Shown: positions 20,835-30,344 of the stretch, piece after piece | Numbering within the stretch: the stretch's first letter is position 1 | How the letters are laid out: every line of letters begins with the position of its first letter | Assembly (NCBI GenBank): GCA_964517415.1 | Contig: CAZFCA010000001.1 | Location: 54,969 to 118,968, forward strand | Source: an uncultured Rhodospirillaceae bacterium | GTDB taxonomy: Bacteria > Pseudomonadota > Alphaproteobacteria > UBA9219 | Length of the DNA stretch: 64,000 bases | Direction of reading: 5' to 3' | The notes under the pieces: generated by a model | Seen by the model: only the letters and a program-made list of their open reading frames with translations | Databases searched by the model: none | Told to the model about the DNA's origin: nothing | Program-made: the position numbers and the translations under genes

Positions 20835-21242
20835 TTACTCCAGCCCCTTATCGTGCAGTTTTGGTGTAAGGGAAACAATAACGGCCAAAATAACCGCATA
20901 AGCGAAAAAAGTAACAGGCCTAACGCCCAGCATGAAGGTGGCAAAGGCGCAGGAGAATGCGGTTATGAGTTCAATGGCAAAATAAGCCTTGCCGATTTCG
21001 GCGCGGCAATGGCGGCATCGGCCTTTCAGGTAAATCCACGAAAACAGGGGAACAAGGTCGATCACGCCGAGCTTCGCGCCGCATGAAGGGCAATGCGAGC
21101 GCGGCTTGATAAGCGATAGTTTGCGCGGCAGGCGATAGGCGAGCATCGTCCCGAAGCTGCCCAGAATGCCGCCGATCAAAAAACCGAAGAATAGGCGAAA
21201 CCATGTTTCGTCATAGAAGGGGTGCATTCCATAAATCATCAC
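20835..21242 (-). CDS. Truncated type IV prepilin peptidase: N-terminal zinc-binding (DiS-P-DiS) domain only, A24 aspartyl-protease domain absent
   Basis: CPSCGAKLGVIDLVPLFSWIYLKGRCRHCRA is the tetra-Cys PilD N-domain motif. The ORF stops about 135 aa in, with only 190 bp before trmFO. ATG overlaps the GT4 stop (ATGA). Confidence 0.6.
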   Translation of the reverse strand: MMIYGMHPFYDETWFRLFFGFLIGGILGSFGTMLAYRLPRKLSLIKPRSHCPSCGAKLGVIDLVPLFSWIYLKGRCRHCRAEIGKAYFAIELITAFSCAFATFMLGVRPVTFFAYAVILAVIVSLTPKLHDKGLE

Positions 21243-22906
21243 TGTGGCCTTTCCACCGAACAAATACCCATTTTCAACATCCACCCGAAGCAGCGCATTA
21301 AAAGATCGTGGCTGGAGATCGGGAAGGCGACAAGGATATCGGCAATGCGCACCCTTCCCGCGCGGCGGATGACCCCGCAAAGCTCGACCAGCTGATCTTT
21401 CGGCAGCAAAAGCTGCGGCACGAAAAGATTGATGTCGTGATTCAAAATGGTTTGAACGAACGCCTCGCTTTGCGTTGAATGCAAAATATCCATGGGCGCA
21501 AGATGCGCAGTGGGAAAGCTCTTAAACATCTCCCACGGGTTAGGGTACGCCGGATGCGCGGCCTGCCACGCGTTAGGCAATATCTGCCGTGGCGGCGCGG
21601 CAAGCCGCTTTTCCGAAAGGCTTTGCCAAAGCTCATCATAAGCATGGATGATATGCCGCCAATCGAAAACGCTTTGCGCGCGCGCGCGGCCGCTTTCGCC
21701 GAACGTGCGGCGCAAATCTGGATTGCCTATCAAAACCGCGAGCGATTTCGCGCACCATTCGACATCGACAGCCGTGCTTTGCGTAGACGCGGCCAGAGCG
21801 ACGCCGTAGTTATCCTCGTTATAATAAAACTTTGCCACATCCATGCCTGCGGATGGCGGCGGCGTGAACGTGGGGATAAGGAATCCGTCTTGCCCGTTGC
21901 GAACCCCCTCGCGATAGCCGTCCCAGTCAGAAATAACGGCCGGAAGGCCGCAGGCCATCGCCTCGATAGGCGTCAGGCCGAAACTTTCCTGCACATTATC
22001 GGATAGGGACGCGAATATATCCGCCGCCGCCCAAAGGCCGTCGGGAAAGCGCGGATCGTCGTTCATCACGAATTCGACCTTCGCCGTTTTGCATATATCC
22101 GCCGCCAGATTGCGGAAAAACGGCTCCATATCCTTCGGCAGGAAATAGCCGTAAAGGACAAGGCGCACTTTTTTCTGCGTCAGCCATGCCGCATGCTCGG
22201 CCGCCAAAAACAAGGGCAGGGGATGCGCCTTGGTGGCGAAACTCAGCCTGCCGACGAAAAGGATAACCGTTTCGTCCTCATCGACTCCCAAGGCTTCGCG
22301 CTGCGCCTTTCGTTTCGTGCCGCCGGTCGCTTTTGCGAATTTATCGGTGTCGATGCCCAGCGGAATGATCGGCGTTTGAATGGGGCAGGAAAATGAGCCG
22401 CCGAAACGGTGATTGATATACTCGCAGTTGATGTTCCAAAGATTTAAAACGGCGTCGCGGATAGAGGCCGAAGGGCAGATAAGCGCGTCGGTTTCGTCCG
22501 TCGGCGCGAAGCATAAATCCCCAACCGCGCGGGCGATGCGCTCGCCGCTCATCGTGTGCACAAGGCCGCAGGTGGCATAGCCGCGCCCCTGAACTTGCGG
22601 CCGGCGCCACGCCAGATCGACCGTCAACGGATCGGGACGGAAAAGGCACGATATGCTTTGCAGGTTTTTATCGGGATGGCGCGGATCAAGCCCGATGCAT
22701 CGGTTCTCGGCATCTATGCCCTCGGCCGCTGCGAGCTCCTTAAAATGGTCGAAACTGGGAATATCCGTCGGGCGGCAAAGGAATTGCGGCGACGCGCTGT
22801 GGCGGAAGTAGGCCTTGAGGAAATTGGTCACGGCGACGTCGAAGCCGAAAACCTGGCTGTCGTTTTGTCCCGATGCGGGGCGGCTATATTGGATGCAAAC
22901 GCTCAT
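21239..22906 (-). CDS. Glycosyltransferase family 4 (GT-B, group 1) protein with N-terminal extension
   Basis: C-terminal EX7E-like region GLTPIEAMACGLPAVISDWDGYREGV. 555 aa. Confidence 0.8.
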   Translation of the reverse strand: MSVCIQYSRPASGQNDSQVFGFDVAVTNFLKAYFRHSASPQFLCRPTDIPSFDHFKELAAAEGIDAENRCIGLDPRHPDKNLQSISCLFRPDPLTVDLAWRRPQVQGRGYATCGLVHTMSGERIARAVGDLCFAPTDETDALICPSASIRDAVLNLWNINCEYINHRFGGSFSCPIQTPIIPLGIDTDKFAKATGGTKRKAQREALGVDEDETVILFVGRLSFATKAHPLPLFLAAEHAAWLTQKKVRLVLYGYFLPKDMEPFFRNLAADICKTAKVEFVMNDDPRFPDGLWAAADIFASLSDNVQESFGLTPIEAMACGLPAVISDWDGYREGVRNGQDGFLIPTFTPPPSAGMDVAKFYYNEDNYGVALAASTQSTAVDVEWCAKSLAVLIGNPDLRRTFGESGRARAQSVFDWRHIIHAYDELWQSLSEKRLAAPPRQILPNAWQAAHPAYPNPWEMFKSFPTAHLAPMDILHSTQSEAFVQTILNHDINLFVPQLLLPKDQLVELCGVIRRAGRVRIADILVAFPISSHDLLMRCFGWMLKMGICSVERPQ

Positions 22907-23012
22907 GGAGGGAAAATTTATGGCACGAGGCCGCGATGTTCACAATATATTCTTGCGCGGTAGAGGCGTTTAGCCGATCCTTGTTTTCCGAAACGATTCG
23001 GAGATTTATCAA

Positions 23013-23753
23013 ATGAGCGCCCCTTTTGTTGATGCCGGATTGTCGCCCGAATTCGCGGCCAATCTGGACGTTTTTTTTAAAATCGTCATAGGCTTTTTCC
23101 TCGGCCTTTTGGTGGGGTACGAGCGTTCCTATCACGGCCGCGCCGCCGGCATGCGCACTTACGCGCTCGTTTGCATGGCCTCGTGCGCCATCGTCGCGAT
23201 ATGCGGCGATATGGGGATTTGGTTCGGCGGCCTGGGGCAGGATTTCGCGAAATACGCCGATCCGGGCCGTGCGATTCAGGGCATTACCACGGGCATAGGC
23301 TTTTTGGGCGCGGGCGTGATTATGCGCGACGGCCTTTCCATCAGCGGCCTAACGACGGCCGCCTCGATCTGGGCGGTTTCGGCCATCGGCGTTCTGGTGG
23401 GCGTTGGCTTTTATGGAGCGGCTACGTCGCTTTCCATTTTGCTGGCGATGATCATGATGTGGGGCGCCAAGATCGAAAATATTTTGCCGATACGGCATGC
23501 GGTTTCTGTCACATTGATTTTCCACAGGGATTCTTCACTAACTCAAGATGACGTGAAGCATCTGATGAATTCGCAAGGCTATGAAGTCGCCAATGGTTCG
23601 TTCTGCATCACGCATAGGGGCGGCCAGACGGAATGGCGCTTTGTCGCGGTTTCAAAAGGCAAGAGGAAAAGCACGCCTTTGGTGAAATTAAGCGAAAGCC
23701 TTCATAAAACGCGCGGCATTCAGGATTATACCATCGTCCATGCGCGGAATTAG
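23013..23753 (+). CDS. mgtC: MgtC/SapB family membrane protein
   Basis: GFFLGLLVGYERSYHGRAAGMRTYALV is the MgtC signature. C-terminal ACT-like soluble domain. Confidence 0.75.
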   Translation: MSAPFVDAGLSPEFAANLDVFFKIVIGFFLGLLVGYERSYHGRAAGMRTYALVCMASCAIVAICGDMGIWFGGLGQDFAKYADPGRAIQGITTGIGFLGAGVIMRDGLSISGLTTAASIWAVSAIGVLVGVGFYGAATSLSILLAMIMMWGAKIENILPIRHAVSVTLIFHRDSSLTQDDVKHLMNSQGYEVANGSFCITHRGGQTEWRFVAVSKGKRKSTPLVKLSESLHKTRGIQDYTIVHARN

Positions 23754-23785
23754 GCACGCGGTATATTAACGTCGACTGGATATCC

Positions 23786-25621
23786 TTACCCTGCTTGCAT
23801 GCCGTATAGACGCGCATATGCGCCGCCTTTGGAAAGAAGCGAAGCGTGCCCGCCCTGTTCCACGACGCGCCCCTGGTCGAGGACGACGATCCAATCCGCA
23901 TCGACGATGGTCGAAAGACGATGCGCGACGACGATGGTCGTGCGCCCTTTTTGCAGTTGTTTAAGGGCTTCCTGAACCGCCCGCTCGGATTCGTTGTCGA
24001 GCGCGGAGGTCGCCTCGTCCAAAAGCAAGATCGGCGCGTTTCGCAGCATGGCGCGCGCGATGGCGATGCGTTGCCGTTGCCCGCCCGATAGCTTGACGCC
24101 GAATTCGCCCACTTTCGTGTCGTAACCGTTCGGCAGCTGCCTGATAAAACCGTCGGCAGAAGCCCCAACGGCGGCGCGCTCGACTTCCGCGTTCGATGCC
24201 GTTGGGTTGCCGTAGGCGATGTTGGCGCGCACCGTGTCGTCGAAAAGCGCGGTTTCCTGACTCACAAGCGCGATTTTGGAGCGCAGGCTGCTGAGCGTCG
24301 TTTTGCGGATGTCCATGCCGCCGATGGCGATGCTGCCGGAGGCGATGTCGTAAAAGCGCGGAATCAGGTTGATAATGGTCGATTTTCCCGCGCCCGACGC
24401 GCCGACGATGGCGACCGTCTTGCCGTGGGGGATTTCAATCGTCAGGCAATCCAAGGCTTTCGTGCCGTCGTCGTAGGCGAAGGTGACGTCCGACAGGGTG
24501 ACGGCGTAAGTCGCGACATTCAGTTCCACGGCGTCCGGCGCGCTGACGATTTTGGGGCGCACGTCGAGCAGATCGAAAACGCGGTCCGCCGCCGCCAAGC
24601 CCGCCTGCAATTGCGCGCTGATGCGCCCCATGCGCTTCATCGGGTCGTAGGCGAGCAAAAAAGAGGCGATAAAGGCGACCAAATCGCCCGGCGAATTGCG
24701 GCCCGTATCGACCTGAATATACCCGTAGACCAGAAGGGCGGCGATGGCCACGCTGCTCAGAATCTCCATAACGGGGCCCGTCAGCGATGAAACGCGCACG
24801 CCCTTCAGCGAGAATTTATAAATGGCCTCGGTCAGCTCGCGGATGCGTTCGACTTCCACGCCTTCGTTGCCATAAGCCTTCACATGGCGAATGCCTTGGA
24901 AAGTCTGGTTCAACAGGGCTGACAGATTGCCCGTGGCGTTTTGCGTGCTTGCCGCGATTTTGCGGATTTTCTTGCCGATGCGCGACACATAAAACGCCGA
25001 AATCGGAAAAACGGTAAGCACGATGAACGAAAGTTGCCAATCCTGATAGAACATGACGCCCACAAGGAAAAGCAGTTCCAGCCCGCCGCGAAAGGAATTC
25101 AGGAGGCAATCGTTCACGGCTTGGCGCATGATCGTGACGTCGTTGATGACTCGCGAGACAAGCGTGCCCGAGGGGTTGGCATGGAAAAAGGAGAGATCGA
25201 CGTTCAATAGATGCGCGCACATTTCCTGCTGGACGGTGGCCACGATGCGCTGGCCGATGCGGTTCATGAAAATGGTGTGCAGATAGACCATGACGCTGCG
25301 CAGCCAAAAGCTGCCTATGATCAGCGCGCAGACGCCGCCCATATAGGCGATGCCCCTTTTTTGCACCATGCCGTCAACGACAAGCTGCAAGGTGTGCGTG
25401 AAAAAGCCGCGCATCGAAGCCGCGACAGCCATAAAGACCATAGCGGCGATAAAGGGATTCTTGTGCGGGCGCAGGTAGGATGTGACGAGCCGCTTCAGCA
25501 AATCGACAGTGCTGCGCGTCTTGCAGTTCTGCTGAGAAGAAAGATTGGCGGAGGAGGGGATATGGGTCATGGGAAAAATAGGTCTGTAGCGAGGTTCTCG
25601 ACAGTTTGACAATAATACCAA
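23786..25621 (-). CDS. ABC transporter, fused permease/ATPase exporter (MsbA-like type I exporter)
   Basis: 6-TM N-domain, Walker A GASGAGKST, signature LSGGQRQRIAIARA, Walker B ILLLDEATSALD. Start may be the internal Met near 25570. Confidence 0.85.
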   Translation of the reverse strand: MVLLSNCREPRYRPIFPMTHIPSSANLSSQQNCKTRSTVDLLKRLVTSYLRPHKNPFIAAMVFMAVAASMRGFFTHTLQLVVDGMVQKRGIAYMGGVCALIIGSFWLRSVMVYLHTIFMNRIGQRIVATVQQEMCAHLLNVDLSFFHANPSGTLVSRVINDVTIMRQAVNDCLLNSFRGGLELLFLVGVMFYQDWQLSFIVLTVFPISAFYVSRIGKKIRKIAASTQNATGNLSALLNQTFQGIRHVKAYGNEGVEVERIRELTEAIYKFSLKGVRVSSLTGPVMEILSSVAIAALLVYGYIQVDTGRNSPGDLVAFIASFLLAYDPMKRMGRISAQLQAGLAAADRVFDLLDVRPKIVSAPDAVELNVATYAVTLSDVTFAYDDGTKALDCLTIEIPHGKTVAIVGASGAGKSTIINLIPRFYDIASGSIAIGGMDIRKTTLSSLRSKIALVSQETALFDDTVRANIAYGNPTASNAEVERAAVGASADGFIRQLPNGYDTKVGEFGVKLSGGQRQRIAIARAMLRNAPILLLDEATSALDNESERAVQEALKQLQKGRTTIVVAHRLSTIVDADWIVVLDQGRVVEQGGHASLLSKGGAYARLYGMQAG

Positions 25622-25634
25622 ATAAAAGAAAGAA

Positions 25635-26876
25635 TTATTGACACTGCTTTTCTTTAAATTGCTTGGCCAATTTCAGGCTTTGCCCTTGGTAGTTTGAATT
25701 TCCGCTTTGGCCATAGAGGCAATCGGGCCGCGTGGCCATGCGTTCATATTTGAGCCAGCCGACAAGCTGCCCGTGCTCGAGAAGAAAGGGCACGTCGTGC
25801 GAACGGACTTCCAAAACGCCGCGGCTTCCGCCCGCTTTGCCGGTGGCAGAATTCCATCCGAAACCTGGGTCGAAAAAGCCCGCGTAATGCACGCGGAATT
25901 CGCCAGCCCGCGTGTCGTAGGGAAGCATTTCCGCCGCGTAATCCGGCGGGACGCCGATGGCCTCCTGCGTCATTAAAATATAAAAGCGGTTCGGGTCGAG
26001 AACCAGCGAGCCTTCCTTCTGGTTCGTCACCGGCTCCCAGAAATCCATTGGATCGTAATCGCGGCGCGAAAGATCGATGCGCCCCGCGTTTTCTTTCGAG
26101 CGCCAGCCGATAATCTCATCCGCCTTGCCGTGGCCTTTCAGGTCGATATGAAAGGGCAGGCGGCCTTGACTAATCGGCTCGCCGTTGCCGGGAATATTAT
26201 GAGAGTCGGGCACGATCTGCCCGCCGTGCACAAGCGCGTCCCATTCCTTTTCTGGAATAGGGGCGGCGCGGCCGCCGATAAAGCGAAGCTGGTTCAGGCG
26301 CGCGCCCGCATGCACGACGATGCTGAAACTGCGAGGCGCGATCTCCACATAGAGCTGTCCCGAATAGCCTTCCGGCACTTCGTCGAATTTCGTTGCGCCG
26401 TCGATAATCAGGCGCGTCAAGATATCGAGCCGTCCGGTGGAGCTTTTCGGATTCGCAAAAGCTGAATGCCCCTCGCGTAGCTTGATGGATTCCATCAAAG
26501 GAACGACGTAAACTCTGTTTTTCTCAAGCAAAGCGCCTTTGGCGGCGTTGAGCGGGATTTTGTAATCCTCGCACGCGCCATCAAGCTGGCGCATTTTTTC
26601 CAAAACGCTTTTGCCTCGCCCAGGGAGGAAACTCGTCGCAACCGGATAGGCATAATCGCCGAGCCGCAGATCGAGGCTCGCGGGCTGGATCTGATCGTCT
26701 TCGATTTCCTTTGTCGCCGTGATCTCACCCGCCCGAGCCATACCGTGGATCGCTTGGCAGGGGAAGATGCCTGTGCCAACGGAGGAATCGTTCGTGAGGT
26801 AGATTGGCGGCTTAATCATCTTTTCCAGTTTATTTAGATCCGCTAATGGCTTAACGGGTAATGCGAAGAAGGGCAA
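25635..26876 (-). CDS. dcd: 2'-deoxycytidine 5'-triphosphate deaminase family protein (long alphaproteobacterial form); start uncertain
   Basis: QPASLDLRLGDYAY matches the dCTP deaminase/dUTPase-fold motif. Length about 370-410 aa. Confidence 0.55.
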   Translation of the reverse strand: MPFFALPVKPLADLNKLEKMIKPPIYLTNDSSVGTGIFPCQAIHGMARAGEITATKEIEDDQIQPASLDLRLGDYAYPVATSFLPGRGKSVLEKMRQLDGACEDYKIPLNAAKGALLEKNRVYVVPLMESIKLREGHSAFANPKSSTGRLDILTRLIIDGATKFDEVPEGYSGQLYVEIAPRSFSIVVHAGARLNQLRFIGGRAAPIPEKEWDALVHGGQIVPDSHNIPGNGEPISQGRLPFHIDLKGHGKADEIIGWRSKENAGRIDLSRRDYDPMDFWEPVTNQKEGSLVLDPNRFYILMTQEAIGVPPDYAAEMLPYDTRAGEFRVHYAGFFDPGFGWNSATGKAGGSRGVLEVRSHDVPFLLEHGQLVGWLKYERMATRPDCLYGQSGNSNYQGQSLKLAKQFKEKQCQ

Positions 26877-26946
26877 GAGCGCAAAAACCGCTTTCCACAG
26901 GAAAGACTAAGACTTATTTCACCCGAAAGACGCAAAAATCTTCATC

Positions 26947-27600
26947 CTACATCAAACACCCATCCTGCAAATGCAGATTGCGTTTGCGGAATTTGCCGAC
27001 AAGGTTGTTTTGGTGCGTCGCCAGAATGACGGCGGTTCCCAATTTATTGAGTTCGTCGAATAGATGGAAAAGTTTGAAGGCGGTTTCCTCATCGACATTG
27101 CCTGTCGGCTCGTCGGCGAGCAGAAGCCGCGGCTTTGTGATGACGGCGCGGGCAATGGCCACGCGCTGTTGCTCGCCGCCCGAAAGCTCCGCCGGATACG
27201 AGTCCATTCTCTCGCCCATGCCGACCCATTCCAAAAGCTCTTGCGCATGGCGTTTGATGTTCGTCTCGTTCATGTTCGTCAGGCGCAGCGGCAGGGCGGC
27301 GTTCTCCCACGCCGACAAATGGGGGATAAGCCGGAAATCCTGAAAGACGATGCCCAATTTGCGGCGCACTTCGGCGCGCTTTTCGCGCGTAAGGCTGGCG
27401 AGGGATTCGCCAAAAAGCGTGACTTGACCTGCGCTTGGCGTTTCCTCTTGATAGATAAGGCGCATAAGAGAGGATTTTCCCGCGCCGCTTGTGCCTGTAA
27501 GGAAACAAAACTCCCCATCGTCCATCATGAACGTTATATGGTTCAAAATGTTACGTTTTGGCGCGTAAGAAAGGCTTACGTTCTCGAAAGAAAGGAGCAT
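26947..27600 (-). CDS. ftsE: Cell division ATP-binding protein FtsE
   Basis: 217 aa. GEFCFLTGTSGAGKSSLMRLI, LSGGEQQRVAIARA and LLLADEPTGNVD. Near-colinear with E. coli FtsE. Confidence 0.85.
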   Translation of the reverse strand: MLLSFENVSLSYAPKRNILNHITFMMDDGEFCFLTGTSGAGKSSLMRLIYQEETPSAGQVTLFGESLASLTREKRAEVRRKLGIVFQDFRLIPHLSAWENAALPLRLTNMNETNIKRHAQELLEWVGMGERMDSYPAELSGGEQQRVAIARAVITKPRLLLADEPTGNVDEETAFKLFHLFDELNKLGTAVILATHQNNLVGKFRKRNLHLQDGCLM

Positions 27601-27662
27601 ATCGTTCCGTTAATCATATGATTCCGTTGCCCCCATTCTAAAGGCTTTCTATATATCTTTCC

Positions 27663-28397
27663 ATGATCCTTGAGTGCCCATCATGCAATGCCCGATATCT
27701 TGTCCAGATCGGCCTTTTTGCCCAAGGCGGTCGGCAGGTGCGTTGCGCCCGTTGCAAACATGAATGGTTTGTTAAACTTCCGACTTCCATAGATGTCGTC
27801 ATGCCTCCAGATCCGCCAAAAGAGCCACCGCGGCCTTTTGCGACGGATTGGCCGTCAGCCTCGCCTGCGGAGGACGTTTCCCCGCCGCCCTTGCCGCCGA
27901 TGGAAGCGACGCCGAATTTGCCCGCCGTTTTCGATAAATGGCGCATGCCCAAGAAAATAGCGCGCATTGTTATATACGTCGCGCTTGCGGGAATGGTTTT
28001 ATTGCCCTTCGTCATGCGGCATGAAATGGTCAAAGCCTATCCGGCCATGCGCATGATTTATGATTCGCTCGGTTTTAAAATCGTGCCCCTTTGGGACGGG
28101 CTTGTTTTTAGCGATGTGAAGTCCGAGCTTAGATACGATAGCGGAACGATGAGATTGTTCGTAGCCGGAAAGATAACGAATTCAACCAGCGACGTGCGGA
28201 TACTGCCAAGCATAAAAGCCCGTGCGCGGGGAGCCGATGGCACTGTTATTCAAAGCTGGTCTCTTGAGCCCCCAGCGGCTACTATCGGTCCCGATGCTTC
28301 TGTTCCGTTCCATACGGAGGTTGCAACGCCGATGGAACATACGATAGAAGACGTTAACCTTGAATTCTATCATCGGGACGAGAATGACGGAAAATAG
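27663..28397 (+). CDS. MJ0042-type zinc-ribbon protein with DUF3426-like C-terminal domain
   Basis: CPSCNARY...CARCKHEW zinc ribbon, Pro-rich linker, one TM, beta-rich C-domain. Confidence 0.6.
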   Translation: MILECPSCNARYLVQIGLFAQGGRQVRCARCKHEWFVKLPTSIDVVMPPDPPKEPPRPFATDWPSASPAEDVSPPPLPPMEATPNLPAVFDKWRMPKKIARIVIYVALAGMVLLPFVMRHEMVKAYPAMRMIYDSLGFKIVPLWDGLVFSDVKSELRYDSGTMRLFVAGKITNSTSDVRILPSIKARARGADGTVIQSWSLEPPAATIGPDASVPFHTEVATPMEHTIEDVNLEFYHRDENDGK

Positions 28398-28797
28398 CGA
28401 CCCGCAGGCCCCTGCCTTGCAGCGCGTCCTTGTGGCGGAAGACAACCCCGCCGTAAGGGAGTTCATCGTGCGCTCGCTGGCGTCAGTCGGCTATGCGGTT
28501 ACGGCGGCCATCGACGGCCAGCAAGCGCTGGATATGCTGGCAGGCGACAAATTCGACGTTTTAGTCAGCGATATCGTCATGCCGAATGTCGATGGAATCG
28601 CTTTGGCCATGAAGGCCACGCGCCTTTTTCCCGAACTTAAAGTTGTGATGATTTCCGGCTATGCCCAAGAGCGCATGCGCGCCCACAACCTCGACACGCT
28701 GGTGCACAAGATTTTGGCGAAGCCGTTTTCTCTGGAAGAAATTTGCGATGCCGTGAAAAACGCGCTCGCCATGCCCTCTATCGTTCCTGTTGTATGA
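28384..28797 (+). CDS. cpdR: Single-domain response regulator, CpdR-like
   Basis: VLVAEDNPAVREF...DVLVSDIVMPNVDGIALAMKA...KVVMISGYA is close to the receiver domain of Caulobacter CpdR. Overlaps the upstream gene end. Confidence 0.7.
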   Translation: MTENSDPQAPALQRVLVAEDNPAVREFIVRSLASVGYAVTAAIDGQQALDMLAGDKFDVLVSDIVMPNVDGIALAMKATRLFPELKVVMISGYAQERMRAHNLDTLVHKILAKPFSLEEICDAVKNALAMPSIVPVV

Positions 28798-29677
28798 GAA
28801 TATGATGAAGCAGAAAATCCGCAAAGCCGTTTTTCCCGTCGCCGGTTTGGGCACGCGCTTTTTGCCCGCGACGAAAGCCATGCCGAAGGAGATGCTGACG
28901 CTTGTCGACCGGCCTTTGATTCAGCACGCTGTGGACGAGGCGCGCGCCGCCGGCATCGAGCAGCTTATTTTCATCACGAGCCGCGGGAAAGGCGCGCTTG
29001 AGGACCATTTTGATCTGAATAACGAGCTGAAACGGGTTTTGGAGTCGCGCAACAAAACGCAGGCTTTGGCCATTCTGAAGTCCACGAATTTGGAAGCGGG
29101 GCAGCTTTTATTCACGCGGCAAAGCGAGCCCTTGGGGCTTGGCCATGCCGTATGGTGCGCGAGAAACCTGGTTGGCAACGAACCTTTTGCGGTTTTGCTG
29201 GCGGACGACGTCGTGCTTTCGCCTAAGCCTTGCCTAAAGCAGATGATCGAAGCGTACGATGAAACGGGCGGCAATATGGTTGCCGTCGTCGAAGTGCCGC
29301 GTGAGCACACGAACCGCTACGGCATTTTGGACGTTGAATCCGAAAGCGGGCGTTTGGCCAAAATTTGCGGCCTTGTGGAAAAGCCGGAGCCCGCGAAGGC
29401 GCCGTCCACGCTGTCTATTATCGGAAGGTATATATTGCAGCCCCAGATTTTTGACGAGCTTTCGGCCAAGCGCATCGGGGCAGGGGGCGAGATCCAGTTG
29501 ACCGACGCCATGGCAAAATTGATCGGCAAGCAACCCTTCCACGGCTTCCGCTACGAGGGCACGCGTTACGATTGCGGCGACAGGCTTGGCTTTATCGAGG
29601 CGAATGTCGCATTCGCTATTGCAAATCCCGATTCAGGCGACGCCGTTAAGGCGGCAATTAAGAAACTTGTCGGATAA
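28790..29677 (+). CDS. galU: UTP--glucose-1-phosphate uridylyltransferase GalU
   Basis: KAVFPVAGLGTRFLPATKAMPKEML is the GalU signature. Confidence 0.9.
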   Translation: MYENMMKQKIRKAVFPVAGLGTRFLPATKAMPKEMLTLVDRPLIQHAVDEARAAGIEQLIFITSRGKGALEDHFDLNNELKRVLESRNKTQALAILKSTNLEAGQLLFTRQSEPLGLGHAVWCARNLVGNEPFAVLLADDVVLSPKPCLKQMIEAYDETGGNMVAVVEVPREHTNRYGILDVESESGRLAKICGLVEKPEPAKAPSTLSIIGRYILQPQIFDELSAKRIGAGGEIQLTDAMAKLIGKQPFHGFRYEGTRYDCGDRLGFIEANVAFAIANPDSGDAVKAAIKKLVG

Positions 29678-29682
29678 AAGCC

Positions 29683-30141
29683 TTACGGATTGAGGAAGAG
29701 GTATCCGGCCTTCATGCCATGACCGCTGCGCATAGAGGCATGCCATATTTTTCCGGCGCATAGTTTCAACTCTTTTTCGCTCAACGTGGCATAGGCAAAC
29801 GGTTTGCAAAGCTCATGCGCGTTCATCTGCCACCTAAACTTGTCAATTGCTCTAATCACGACAGGATTTCGAACGGTTCGCGACAGTTTTATCAGCCGGC
29901 ACGCATTAACGCTTGTGGATAGCAGTTTTGAATTGATGCTTATGCTTTTCAGGATAATGTTGGCGAAAGGCAGGGAAAAAGGCGCTAAGACAGCCGCATC
30001 AATCAAGCCCCAAAAAGCGGCTCCTGCATAGTCGCGCTTCTTGAAAAGATTATACGAATGAACAAAGGGAAGGCATCCAACTACCGCATTGAGGAGGTGG
30101 GCGTTATCTTTAATAAATCCTTTATAACTAAATGCGCTCAT
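29683..30141 (-). CDS. Hypothetical membrane protein in AT-rich islet
   Basis: 152 aa, one hydrophobic helix, about 45% GC, no homolog recognised. Confidence 0.3.
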   Translation of the reverse strand: MSAFSYKGFIKDNAHLLNAVVGCLPFVHSYNLFKKRDYAGAAFWGLIDAAVLAPFSLPFANIILKSISINSKLLSTSVNACRLIKLSRTVRNPVVIRAIDKFRWQMNAHELCKPFAYATLSEKELKLCAGKIWHASMRSGHGMKAGYLFLNP

Positions 30142-30295
30142 TGTGCGCTTCCTGATAATTGCTCATAAAAATCAATTTTATTATACGATAAAAAAGGATA
30201 GTTCGAATTCAATAAAATTTGTTTTACTGCACTTTAAGCCGTTAAAAAAACTCTTAAATCAATGAGTTGCCAATTACTTCGGTGGTCTTGGTGAA

Positions 30296-30335
30296 AGTAA
30301 AAAGCGCGACCTTTGAGAGATCGCGCTTTCACCAT
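30296..30335 (-). terminator. Rho-independent terminator of lon
   Basis: Minus-strand hairpin GAAAGCGCGATC-TCTCAAAG-GTCGCGCTTT followed by a T-run, directly after the lon stop. Confidence 0.7.
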
Positions 30336-30344
30336 ATTTACCGG

